A DNA stretch of 64,000 nucleotides, from the NCBI GenBank assembly GCA_964592645.1, contig CAZQFV010000016.1:2282-66281 (forward strand), read 5' to 3'. The notes beneath the pieces are model-generated. The model was not told where the DNA came from, did not search any database, and saw nothing but the letters and a program-made list of their open reading frames with translations. The DNA comes from an uncultured Chloroflexia bacterium (lineage in GTDB: Bacteria; Chloroflexota; Chloroflexia; DTKN01). Shown here in pieces: positions 17,043-25,746 of the stretch. Positions within the stretch are counted from its first letter, which is position 1. Each line of letters opens with the position of its first letter. The position numbers and the translations under genes were made by a program.

Positions 17043-17330
17043 TCACGAGAAAACCGCCCAGGCCTCCCGTAGATGGCGAGCCCGCTCCGAGAGCATCCGG
17101 GCCAGGTCCGCGATCATCGCTCGGGTGGGCAGGCCTCGGTCCAACAGGCTCTCGTCCGGCTCGCCCGCGGCGATGCGTTGGCGGGCCTCTTGCACGCGAG
17201 CCGCCAGGCCGGCGGGATCGGCGATGCCGTCGCACAGCCGTGGCAGGTCGCGTTGGGAAAGGTAGATGGAGCCGGACCCCGCGGGCGCGGGGATGCGGGC
17301 ACCACCGGTCGAGTACAGTTTCTTGTTCAT
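17043..17330 (-). CDS. hypothetical protein
   Basis: ATG at 17330 follows GGGAGG. Confidence 0.5.
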   Translation of the reverse strand: MNKKLYSTGGARIPAPAGSGSIYLSQRDLPRLCDGIADPAGLAARVQEARQRIAAGEPDESLLDRGLPTRAMIADLARMLSERARHLREAWAVFS

Positions 17331-17352
17331 CGTCTCTGCCTCCCAGAAATGG

Positions 17353-17402
17353 GGGGCGGACGCACACGTCCCCGCCCGGGGGCGGAGTCGCGCGTCCGCC
17401 CC
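17353..17402 (-). terminator. hairpin downstream of ssb (weak terminator candidate)
   Basis: GGGGCGGACGC / GCGTCCGCCCC arms are followed by CCATTTCT on the minus strand. Confidence 0.35.
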
Positions 17403-17492
17403 AGGCGGATTCCTGCCGGCAGCAGCGTGGGGACGGCCTGAATGGAGACAGGTCACTCTCCTGGCGTTGCGTCCGGTGTCACAGTGGTGCGC

Positions 17493-17888
17493 TTAGAAGG
17501 GGAGTTCATCCCCCTCTTCTTCCTCGACCTTTTCCTCCTCAGCCGCGGGCGAGCGGTCGCCGCGGGGCAGCAGCACCAGGTCGGAGGCGATCACCTCCGA
17601 CACGTAGCGCACGTTGCCATCGTTGCCCTCGAAGGAGCGGGTCTCGAGGCGGCCCTCGATGTAGACCGGCGCGCCGCGCTCGAGGTACTGGTTGGCCAGC
17701 TCGGCCAGGCGATTCCAGCAAACGACCCGGAACCACTCGACGCGCTCTTGCAACTGTCCCTCGGCGTCGCGCCAGCGGCGGTTGACCGCTACCCGAAAGT
17801 TGGTGACGGCCTTTCCGGTCGGCGTAAACCGCATCTCGGGATCCGTACCCAGGTTGCCCATCAGCATGATCCTGTTGATGCCGCGCAT
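17493..17888 (-). CDS. ssb: single-stranded DNA-binding protein
   Basis: MRGINRIMLMGNLGTDPEMRFTPTGKAV...WFRVVCW...VYIEGRL is a classic SSB OB fold. It ends in an acidic tail with DELPF. Confidence 0.9.
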   Translation of the reverse strand: MRGINRIMLMGNLGTDPEMRFTPTGKAVTNFRVAVNRRWRDAEGQLQERVEWFRVVCWNRLAELANQYLERGAPVYIEGRLETRSFEGNDGNVRYVSEVIASDLVLLPRGDRSPAAEEEKVEEEEGDELPF

Positions 17889-17971
17889 TGCTTTACTCCT
17901 CGAAGAACAATAGCCCCCCTGGCCGGCCGTTCCGGCAGGGGGTTCACCTACACGTTGCGGTAAAGGGAAAC

Positions 17972-18433
17972 TCAGGCCGCTTCGGCCATACCCTTGAGCC
18001 GGGCGAGGACCAGGCTGGCCTGGAGCCGCGTCAGGCTTTCGGCCAGGGTCTGGGTGACCTCCTCGATCCCGGACTGGGGGGCAAAGGCGACCTCGACAGT
18101 CGTCACCTCCTGGACCAGGCGGGCCAGCCGGCTGCGGGACAACCGCAGCCGCCGGGCCAGGTCCACGATGTAACCAACCTGGCCGGGGGACGGCCGCTCA
18201 CCGCTGGGGCGAACGCCGGCCTCCTGCAACACCGCCTCTAGGTAGTCATGGACAATCGGTCGGGCCACCTCGTCGGCGGCCTGGAGCTGCTGGCGGACGA
18301 CCTCGGTCTGGACCTCGGGAGTGATGCCCGCGCCAACGGGGACGTTGACGGTGAGCCCCTCGGAGACCAAGAGGCCGTCGCGGCGCTCCCCGGCCAACTT
18401 CAGGGTGTACTGCGCCCAGATCGTCGTCTCCAT
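17972..18433 (-). CDS. hypothetical protein
   Basis: ATG at 18433 follows AAGAGGA. It is tightly packed behind the upstream gene. Confidence 0.55.
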   Translation of the reverse strand: METTIWAQYTLKLAGERRDGLLVSEGLTVNVPVGAGITPEVQTEVVRQQLQAADEVARPIVHDYLEAVLQEAGVRPSGERPSPGQVGYIVDLARRLRLSRSRLARLVQEVTTVEVAFAPQSGIEEVTQTLAESLTRLQASLVLARLKGMAEAA

Positions 18434-18436
18434 CGC

Positions 18437-19549
18437 CTAGATCCTCTTGAGCAGCATCCGCGCGGCCTGGGCGATGCCCGCCTTCTTCACGCGACAGGCG
18501 GTCTCCAGGGCCTTGCGGTCGTGGGCCAGTTCGCGGACGTCGGTGCCGCGGGGATAGTTGCCGGCCTCGCCCTCGATGGCAAAGGGGATGGCGAAATCCC
18601 CGTTGCGCGAGGTGGCGCTGGCGCGGACCTGGGCGGCCGGCCGCGCGGCAGCGGGCCGGGCCGGCGCGCTGGTGCGGGACGGCGTAGTCCGGGTTGAGGC
18701 CGCGGGACGGGCCGGAGTGAGCTCCTCCTCGAACAGCACTTCCTCGTCACCGGCGCCGGGCAATTCCTCGTCCAGGGTCGGGGGGACCGCATATTCCTCG
18801 GCCCAGGGGTCGCCGGAGCCGGCCGCGCTTTCGGCGTGGCCGTTCCCGCTGCCATTGCCCGTGCCCTGCTCCCAGGCTTCGACCTCATCCAGGTGCTCCT
18901 CGATGAACGCCTGGACCTCTTCCGGGATCAGCATCGTCTCAAAGAGGTCGACCGACAGGTCGGGGAGCTCGGCCACCAGCGGCGAGATCGTGGCCCCCTT
19001 GGGGGTACGCTCGGCCGGGCCGGCCGACAGGGGCAGCCAGAAGGCGTAGGTGGGCAGCGGCGCGCCGTAGGCCTTGCCGGCTTCGGTCAGAAAGGCGCGC
19101 AGTTGCTTCATGGCGTTGCGCATGTCGCGGCAGACGATGCCGCTGAGGGTCAGGATGGCGAAACCTTGGTAGCCCGCGCTCCACAGGCGGTCGGAGACGA
19201 CGAGCAGCCGCCAGCGGGAGCGATAGTCCTGCTCCCAGGGGCGCTGCAGGGTCCGGGGGGCGATCTCCCGGACGCCATCGCGGTAGCGTTCCCAGACCAT
19301 GTCCTTCCAGCCGGCGATAGCCAGGCCGAGGCTGGGGAAGAGCCAACCGGGCTCGTCGATCTCACCGTGGGCGATGTCCAATGGCGCGGGCAGGTCGAGG
19401 TCGTTGATCCCCAGGCTGACCAGGTGCCGCTGGGGGACCTCGAAGCCACCGTCGCGGGCGTCGTGGCGCCACTGGATCACGGGGTACTTCGGGCCGGAAT
19501 CGAACGACCGGCGGGGCTGCTGAAAGGTGCGACCGTGGAAGCCGCTCAT
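18437..19549 (-). CDS. hypothetical protein (370 aa)
   Basis: ATG at 19549 lies 5 nt after AAGGAGG. I recognised no family. Confidence 0.6.
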   Translation of the reverse strand: MSGFHGRTFQQPRRSFDSGPKYPVIQWRHDARDGGFEVPQRHLVSLGINDLDLPAPLDIAHGEIDEPGWLFPSLGLAIAGWKDMVWERYRDGVREIAPRTLQRPWEQDYRSRWRLLVVSDRLWSAGYQGFAILTLSGIVCRDMRNAMKQLRAFLTEAGKAYGAPLPTYAFWLPLSAGPAERTPKGATISPLVAELPDLSVDLFETMLIPEEVQAFIEEHLDEVEAWEQGTGNGSGNGHAESAAGSGDPWAEEYAVPPTLDEELPGAGDEEVLFEEELTPARPAASTRTTPSRTSAPARPAAARPAAQVRASATSRNGDFAIPFAIEGEAGNYPRGTDVRELAHDRKALETACRVKKAGIAQAARMLLKRI

Positions 19550-19891
19550 CACATCCTCCTTGCGCGTTTCAGTTGAGATCGGACAACAAGACGCGCCGGG
19601 TCTTCCAGGGGAGTCTTTGTAGCCTGGTTCCCGGCATCAGCCGTCGTGCCTGCTGCTTACCCCGGCGCCGGTTTCACCCGGGTAGGGGCTGGTGCGGTGC
19701 GCTTCGCGGGGGCAAAGCCGGCCGTGTCACGACCGGGGCCGCTCCCTGCTACTGGCGTGGGCCAACCCACGCGGACGGGGTCCCAAAGGTTGCCCCGTGG
19801 TTGTGGACTATTCAGTTGTAAGGTCTACGGGCACATACTGGCTTGCCTGAGCTTTACTACCTCCTGGGCCACGGTGAGGAGATCGTGGACT

Positions 19892-20128
19892 CTACGGCAC
19901 CGGCGTGGGGTAGAGCGTGTTGGGGAGGACTTCGCCGACGTGCCGTGCGGCGGCGGCAATCTCCGGTCCGAAGAGCACGAGCAGGACCACCACGACGACA
20001 AGGGCGAGAAAGATGGCCAGTCCAATCTGCATCTGCCCCCGGACCGTGAGGCTAAGGGAGAGCATGGCCCGGGCCAGGGCCTTCAGGCGGTTCAGGATCT
20101 TGCTGATGGTTCCGTACTGTTTGAACAT
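19892..20128 (-). CDS. small membrane protein, possibly a second Flp-like pilin
   Basis: ATG at 20128 follows AAGGAGG. VRG/QMQIGLAIFLALVVVVVLL...FGPEIAAAARHVGEVL loosely resembles a Flp prepilin, but there is no Glu at +5. Confidence 0.45.
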   Translation of the reverse strand: MFKQYGTISKILNRLKALARAMLSLSLTVRGQMQIGLAIFLALVVVVVLLVLFGPEIAAAARHVGEVLPNTLYPTPVP

Positions 20129-20379
20129 GCGCGCCTCCTTTTCGCGACCGGCGGGGAGACGCGCGGGCCGCAGTACCCCCTCGAGGGGCAGTGGCGCACC
20201 ACGTCCCCCCAACGGGGATCGGCCGGTGGTACCGGGTCGAGAAACACAAAAAGCCGGGTCAATCTCCAACGACGCATGGCGTCGTCGGCGTGGCGGACGA
20301 ATCCGCAGATCAACCCGGCTAGTTGCCGTTGAAAACAGCCTGGGCAAGGATCACCCGGGCCGGGAACAGGGAGGAAGGT

Positions 20380-20598
20380 CTATTCCTCCTCGAACCATTT
20401 GGTGTAGCAGCGTGGACAGACATGGACGCGGGGGAGCGACGGGCTCATGTAGATCGTGCGGCTGTCACGGCGATAAAGCCGGCGGCCGCACCGGCCACAG
20501 GAGACCAGGCGGTTCCCCTGCCTGGCCCGCCAGGCCAGGAAGATCGAAACGGCGGTGATCGGGAGCAGAGCGAGAACGACAGCGATGATGCCAGGCAC
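20380..20598 (-). CDS. small membrane-anchored zinc-ribbon protein
   Basis: GTG at 20598 follows AAGGAGGTG. It has one TM helix, then CGRCGRR...CPRC. Confidence 0.45.
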   Translation of the reverse strand: MPGIIAVVLALLPITAVSIFLAWRARQGNRLVSCGRCGRRLYRRDSRTIYMSPSLPRVHVCPRCYTKWFEEE

Positions 20599-21340
20599 AA
20601 CCCACCTCCTTGTTTGTGGCTTTCTGCAAACAAGAGAGGCGGGCACGGACATGGTCCGCCCTTGGACCGGAGGCGGAACGGCGTGCCCGCCTCGGCCGGC
20701 GGACGGGAACCCTCCAGGGGCAGCGGCAATCGAACCTTTCGGGAAGGAATGGGCGCAGCCATACGGTCTCATGTTGGTCCAGTGACCCATAGGGACCGCA
20801 AGGCCCTGCCCTCATTCCGGCGGCACGAACCGCTTGCCGGGAACGGAGGGACGGACAGCTCCCGCTATCCGTACAGCCCCATTGGGGCGCCCCTCGGATT
20901 GTCGTTGTGAAGCACAATGCCGAGGGTCATCAGGGCTGCTCGATGATGAGCAGTTTCCCCCTGGCGAACACTTGGCTCACAGCGATTATCCCACGAGGTG
21001 AGAGAATCACTGCGTTGGGCTGGGCGGGGGATATCCAGGCCGATCTCCAGAGAGGGAGAGCGGACAAGGAACAAGAGCAGCACTACCCAGGTGACCAAAG
21101 GGCAGTTCTCCGCATCCGTGGGCCGGCCAAGAGGCCGCCCACAGGGCCTACGGGTGCGCAGAACTGCTCTTTGGTTGTTAAAGTTCGGCTGCGCCAGGGG
21201 CAGCCCGGCATGGGACTGGGTGCCTGTGATTGCTTTGTGCACCGATCCGCCCCGGAGGGGCCGGCCGGCTGCGGCCTGGGCATGTATATCTTATCATGCC
21301 GAAGGCCCATGTTCAAGTGGCGATTTTTCCGGAAAGCAGA

Positions 21341-22069
21341 TTACTCTTCGCCCCAGGGGCCGCCTGCGGGCCAGGTTCGGTTGAACTCCGCTCTGTTCGC
21401 GATTACCGACAAGAGCGGCACGAGAAAGCCAGCCAGCTCTTCGATGATTTGACCGAACTCAACGCCACTGACATCCAATCTGTTGCGGCGGAGAAAGGCT
21501 TTCCACTGGGTGACCTTCGTGGGGTCTCGGGCGAACTCGGGGGTGAGCGCCGGCGGCGTGCCGGCCGGCACTTCGGTACGACGGCGCTCGAAGGTGGACT
21601 GGATCGCCTGGGCCAGTGTCGCCCCATCGAAGTCAAAGGCGCGGGAGATCATCCAGAGATCGTAAAAGTCTTTCATTCGGCTGTTCAGGAGGCCCAGCGA
21701 AACCATCGCCTGCAACTTCTCGGCGATGACGGCTTCTTTGGTGTAGGCTCGCAGCCGGGGGGCCGGAAAATCCAACAGGGTCGGGTACTCCACCTCTGGA
21801 GCGGCCGTCACGACGTCGCCAAAGCCAATGTCAATCTGCAGGTTGATGCGGGCCCTTTCCAGTCTGGCAGTCAACTGCACCCGCTGGCCCTGGTATTCCT
21901 GGTCCTCGCGAATGGCCGTTACCTGGATGCTGCCTGGATCAAAGGTGAGGCCGTCAGGTTCCACGTCGGGGTATTCCCGCGGTAGGCCATGCTCATCCAG
22001 GTCGCGTGGGCGGAGCGCGCCGGTCCGCCGCACGATTTCCAGGATACGCTGAGTTTGCGTCTGTTTCAT
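21341..22069 (-). pseudogene. AbiEi-N-terminus / AbiEii-C-terminus in-frame fusion remnant
   Basis: The first ~33 aa (MKQTQTQRILEIVRRTGALRPRDLDEHGLPREY) look like an AbiEi wHTH. The rest (RVQLTARLERARINLQIDIGFGDVV...MKDFYDLWMI) looks like the AbiEii C-terminal part without the NTase N-terminus. Confidence 0.5.
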
Positions 22070-22183
22070 CTTACCTGTGCCCAACGGATCGCTCCTGCCG
22101 TGTCACAAATGCTCGGAAGTTGTTATCAACTACCCTATGAATTGGAACACTTCAGGTGCCCGTCGTCAAGTAAGGTGCGAAGG

Positions 22184-22372
22184 CGGGATGCATGTTTCTG
22201 GATGGGCAGGCCAGCGGTCCCTGAGCGGAGCCGCTCGGAGCGAAGCGGAGAGCGGCGAAGTCGAAGGGCCGCTGGCCCCTAGAGGCGCGGCCGCCCTTCG
22301 ACTACGCAGCCTTGGGCCGCTCCGCTCAGGGATCGGCCGCGCCCCTTGCCCATCTAGAGACATGCATCCGCG
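22184..22372. repeat. ~190-nt long imperfect hairpin / palindromic element
   Basis: Hand-verified paired blocks are 22186-22195/22360-22369 (10 bp), 22201-22208/22347-22354 (8 bp), 22218-22231/22319-22332 (14 bp) and 22259-22269/22293-22303 (11 bp). Confidence 0.85.
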
Positions 22373-22527
22373 GAGGCGGAGAGCCACGCAGATCGGACAG
22401 CCGCTGGCGCAGGTCGTTGATACCGGGCGGCTGCTACCGTATACTATTGGCGAAAGTCGCATTGGTGGCGAGGACATAGCACAAGGCAGATCGCTGCTCT
22501 CACCAGAAGTCATCCGGAGGCGCGACC

Positions 22528-23154
22528 GTGGAAAGAGTTGCCTGGTCCGGCACGATCGTTTCGGTACAGCCCCGCATCCGCTTCACCCGCTCGTTCGATG
22601 AGCGGGGCCACAGCTACCTGGGATACAGCCTACGCATAGCCGGAATGGTCGGCGGTGAGCCCCGCGAGTTCTCTGTCGGCGTGGGCAAGGCGGCGCACGA
22701 GAAGCACAGGTTCCAGGTAGGAGACCAGGTACGCGGCGAATCACTCCCCGTCGCCGATGAGCGGTTGGAAGACGTGGAGCTCTACCGAACGACCAGAATA
22801 GCGGTCGTGGAGCGCTTCGCAGGGGAGTCCGCCAGCCCGCCCCCCTGGCACGGCGTTCCTCCGAGCCTGGATGAGTACCGTGCGCGGGGAGACCGGCGGC
22901 TGGCGGCACAGACCTACGCGCAAAAGTGCAGGACGTGCATCTGGGGCTGCCGCATGCCGGTAGTGATCATCGTGGACCAGTGGCGGCCGGAGCAGAAACG
23001 CTATCGGTTTGAGACGTTCTGTTACGGTCCCAAGTCGTGCCGTTTCTATGCTGCGGGACCTACGCGCAAAGTGCCCGGACGACGGGGGATGACCTGGGAA
23101 GAACCGGATTGGCTGTACGAGCAGGCTACTGCCCACCGGGGTCCGGACGAATAG
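22528..23154 (+). CDS. hypothetical protein with a C-terminal Cys cluster (CRTCIWGC...CYGPKSCRFY)
   Basis: GTG at 22528 lies 7 nt after GGAGG. The composition is coding-like. Confidence 0.6.
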   Translation: MERVAWSGTIVSVQPRIRFTRSFDERGHSYLGYSLRIAGMVGGEPREFSVGVGKAAHEKHRFQVGDQVRGESLPVADERLEDVELYRTTRIAVVERFAGESASPPPWHGVPPSLDEYRARGDRRLAAQTYAQKCRTCIWGCRMPVVIIVDQWRPEQKRYRFETFCYGPKSCRFYAAGPTRKVPGRRGMTWEEPDWLYEQATAHRGPDE

Positions 23155-23177
23155 CGGCGGCGAAAGGGACCAGGGCG

Positions 23178-23547
23178 TTATGCTGAAGCCGGCGGGAGCC
23201 AGCGCAATTGCCCGCGCATCTCCTCGACGCTGACCTGCTGCAACAGGATCAGTAGCCGACGAGCGGTTTCCCCGATCGCAGCCTGTTTGGCCACGACGAT
23301 GCCGGCATGCCCGTGTCCCTGCGACAGGTAGGAGAGGTGTAAAGGCACATAGTCAGAGGCGTTGAAACTAAAGAGCGTACGCCCCTGTTCGGCAGCAAAG
23401 GCCAACTGCTCGGCGTCGGTGAGCCCCCGCCGGCCGGCCCCGGCGAACCGTCAGCACGGCTATGACGTGCTGACGGTTCGCCGGGGCCACGCTTTCGTGA
23501 ACATCCTCGTCGATGTACAGGCGGATCCGCGAAGAGGGCTCATCCAT
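23178..23547 (-). pseudogene. DUF5615-like (PIN-like toxin partner of DUF433), frameshifted
   Basis: The span is 370 nt, not a multiple of 3. The N-terminal frame reads MDEPSSRIRLYIDEDVHESVA.... The C-terminal frame reads GLTDAEQLAFAAEQGRTLFSFNASDYVPLHL.... The two are offset by one nt in the G/C run at ~23420-23440. Confidence 0.6.
23436..23488. repeat. perfect 23-bp inverted repeat with a 7-nt spacer inside the DUF5615-like pseudogene
   Basis: The arms are 23436-23458 (GGCCCCGGCGAACCGTCAGCACG) and 23466-23488 (CGTGCTGACGGTTCGCCGGGGCC). The spacer is GCTATGA. Confidence 0.95.
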
Positions 23548-23556
23548 AGCGCCGCC

Positions 23557-23970
23557 TCACTCTTTGGGGCGCAGTACGCCACCGGCGCTCATCTCCAGAT
23601 GAAAGCGGTCCAGAACCGCCGGCAGCTCATCCCCTTCCATGTCGGCGTCGATCTCGGCCTGGTGGTCGTAGTAGTAGCTCAAGGCATCGTGCAATTGGGC
23701 GGGCGTCAGGTCGGGGAACCCGGCCAGTATTTCTGCCGGCGAGTACCCCATGCGGTTGTATCCGACCAACGTCTTGACCGGAATGCGGGTCCCCTGCACG
23801 ACCGGCCGGCCGCCGCAGACGCCGGGTGTGCGGGTAATGTGGGGGTGGCCGGTCAGAGCTTCCGGATCCAGGCTGATCTGCACGACCTGCCGCTCGGACA
23901 ACCCCAGCGGGCGGGCCGGCCGCAAGACGCCATTCTCGTAGGTCGCCTGGACAATGATAGGCTCGGCCAT
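23557..23970 (-). CDS. DUF433-domain protein with an N-terminal DUF104-like (AF2212-type) segment
   Basis: MAEPIIVQATYENGVLRPARPL is DUF104-like. ITRTPGVCGGRPVVQGTRIPVKTLVGY...SPAEILAGFPDLTPAQLHDALSYY is DUF433. Confidence 0.7.
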   Translation of the reverse strand: MAEPIIVQATYENGVLRPARPLGLSERQVVQISLDPEALTGHPHITRTPGVCGGRPVVQGTRIPVKTLVGYNRMGYSPAEILAGFPDLTPAQLHDALSYYYDHQAEIDADMEGDELPAVLDRFHLEMSAGGVLRPKE

Positions 23971-24076
23971 CGCTATCCTCCTCCCGGACGTAACTGGGCG
24001 CCGGGCATCCCACTGCTCTCAACAGGCCGGAACCTGCTAAAGCGATTATACCACACCGGCGAGGAGAAACGCCTAT

Positions 24077-24985
24077 CTACCGCGACCGGCCCTGGTCCGT
24101 CCTTTCCACCCGCTCCGCCAGTTCCTCCTCGCTCGGCTCGGTGTAGATCATCACCGTATCCAGGCTGGCGTGGCCCAGGAGCGCGGCCAGGCCGCGGAGG
24201 TCGCCGAGGTTGGCCTCCAGGTAGCGGGTGGCAAAGGTGTGGCGCAGGGTGTGCGGCGTGAGCTCCGGGATGCCGGCCCAGCGGGCGTACTTGTCCAGCA
24301 GCCGGTTGATCGCGCTGGGGTCGTGGATGGCGCCGCGGATGCCCTGCCAAAGAGGGTCGTCTGCTTCCAGCTGTGGTCGTACCTGGTCGAGGTAGGACTT
24401 GAGCGCAGCGCGGGCCTCGAAGCGCAATGGGACCTTGCGCGTCACGCCGCCCTTGCCGCGGCGCACGGTCAGCGTACCGGAGCGTTCGCGCAGTACAACA
24501 TCGCTCCTGTGGAGTGCCAGCAACTCCCCCACTCGTACGCCGGTGCCCAGCATCACTTCTACCATCGCGATATCGCGCCAGTTTTCGGTCTCGTGGACTG
24601 CCCGCAGCAGGCGATGCTCGTCTTTGGGGGTGAGCGCCCTGGGCCGGCGCGGGGGCAAGCGGACGGCGCGGGTCCCGGTCGTGGGGTCGCGGTGGGCCAG
24701 ATCCTGGCCGGCCGCCCACTTGAAGAAACGCGAGAGGGCGGCGATTCTCCGGTTGACCGTGCGCGGGGCGGCGGCACGGACGGTCTGCAGGTAGGCCTTG
24801 TAGTCCTCGATGTCGCGGGGCAAGATGGCGGCCGGCGCCATCTCCTCCCCAAAGGCGTCGCGGTACCACCGGGCGAAATCGCGCAGGTCGCGGCCGTAGC
24901 CCACCACGGTAGCCGCGGCCTTGCCCTGCTGCTCGAGGTGGACCAGCCACATGGCGATGGGGTCGGGATGATCAGGGTCAGGCAT
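24077..24985 (-). CDS. tyrosine site-specific recombinase/integrase (XerC/D-like)
   Basis: An N-terminal SAM-like domain is present. Catalytic region motifs are GTGVRVGELLAL, RHTFATRYL and LLGHASLDTVMIYTE. Confidence 0.9.
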   Translation of the reverse strand: MPDPDHPDPIAMWLVHLEQQGKAAATVVGYGRDLRDFARWYRDAFGEEMAPAAILPRDIEDYKAYLQTVRAAAPRTVNRRIAALSRFFKWAAGQDLAHRDPTTGTRAVRLPPRRPRALTPKDEHRLLRAVHETENWRDIAMVEVMLGTGVRVGELLALHRSDVVLRERSGTLTVRRGKGGVTRKVPLRFEARAALKSYLDQVRPQLEADDPLWQGIRGAIHDPSAINRLLDKYARWAGIPELTPHTLRHTFATRYLEANLGDLRGLAALLGHASLDTVMIYTEPSEEELAERVERTDQGRSR

Positions 24986-25167
24986 ACTGCGCCTCTCATT
25001 TGCAGAGCTGTACCTATGCCGAACCTTCAGGCGAAAAGGCCCGCAGATATTATCTTGACACGATTCCGCCTCTTATGGGGCGCCCGGAACGCTTTCAGGA
25101 TACCACCCGGCCGGCCTTCTGTCAAGTGAAGAGCAGTTCCATTGAATACTTCTCTTGCCATATTATC

Positions 25168-25196
25168 GTGACAACAGCATAGGAAGGTGTTAGAAT
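25168..25196 (+). promoter_or_regulatory. sigma-70-like promoter GTGACA-N17-TAGAAT
   Basis: -35 at 25168-25173 and -10 at 25191-25196, ~43 nt upstream of the GTG at 25239, in a lower-G+C patch. Confidence 0.4.
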
Positions 25197-25238
25197 GGAA
25201 GCCGGTGAACGAACAAGGACAGAGTTGGTGGGAGTGCG

Positions 25239-25562
25239 GTGAGTGCGATAGACTCGCAAAGCAGGGCCGCAGGAACAGTGCAGGAGAGACCGCCGAGGAT
25301 CTCGGCGCACGCCCGGCAGCGCATGGCCCAGCGTAACGTCCACCCGGATGACCTGGCCTACGTTCTGGCCCACGGCCGGCGGGCCTGGAGCGGCGACGGT
25401 GGCCAGTACGTGTTCTTGGGCCAGAAGGATATCCCTGGCGACGACCGGGCCGGCCGGCGGGCCAAGCTGGAAGGAACGACGGTCGTGCTCCAGGGGACCA
25501 CGGTGGTGACGATCTACCGCAATCGCCGGGCCGGCCGGCGAGTGAGGAGGAAAGAGCGCTGA
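25239..25562 (+). CDS. DUF4258-like small protein (putative toxin-like)
   Basis: GTG at 25239 follows GGGAG. ISAHARQRMAQRNVHPDDLAYVLAHG... resembles DUF4258 (from memory). Confidence 0.5.
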   Translation: MSAIDSQSRAAGTVQERPPRISAHARQRMAQRNVHPDDLAYVLAHGRRAWSGDGGQYVFLGQKDIPGDDRAGRRAKLEGTTVVLQGTTVVTIYRNRRAGRRVRRKER

Positions 25563-25565
25563 ATC
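25453..25565 (+). repeat. direct repeat copy A (3' end of the DUF4258-like gene)
   Basis: By manual alignment it matches 26532-26650 with 6 substitutions and one 6-nt insertion. Weaker similarity continues ~55 nt into a hairpin. Confidence 0.85.
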
Positions 25566-25746
25566 GGATTCTACAATTGACCAGAGGCCGGCCGGGGGAC
25601 AGTCTGTTGTGGCTGTCCCCAGCGATTCTCTGGCACTTGCTGACTTTGTCCCGGTTGGGGAATGTGGTATAATAGTTGTGGTTGGCAATGATGGCACCGT
25701 GTCGCCTTCGCTATGGTTGGACGAACACTGGGCCAGGAGTAGGCTG

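Noticed and set aside
20865-21242. 125-aa minus-strand ORF in the 740-bp gap
   Set aside because: It has no RBS, no recognisable motif and mixed composition. I treated it as non-coding or decayed sequence.
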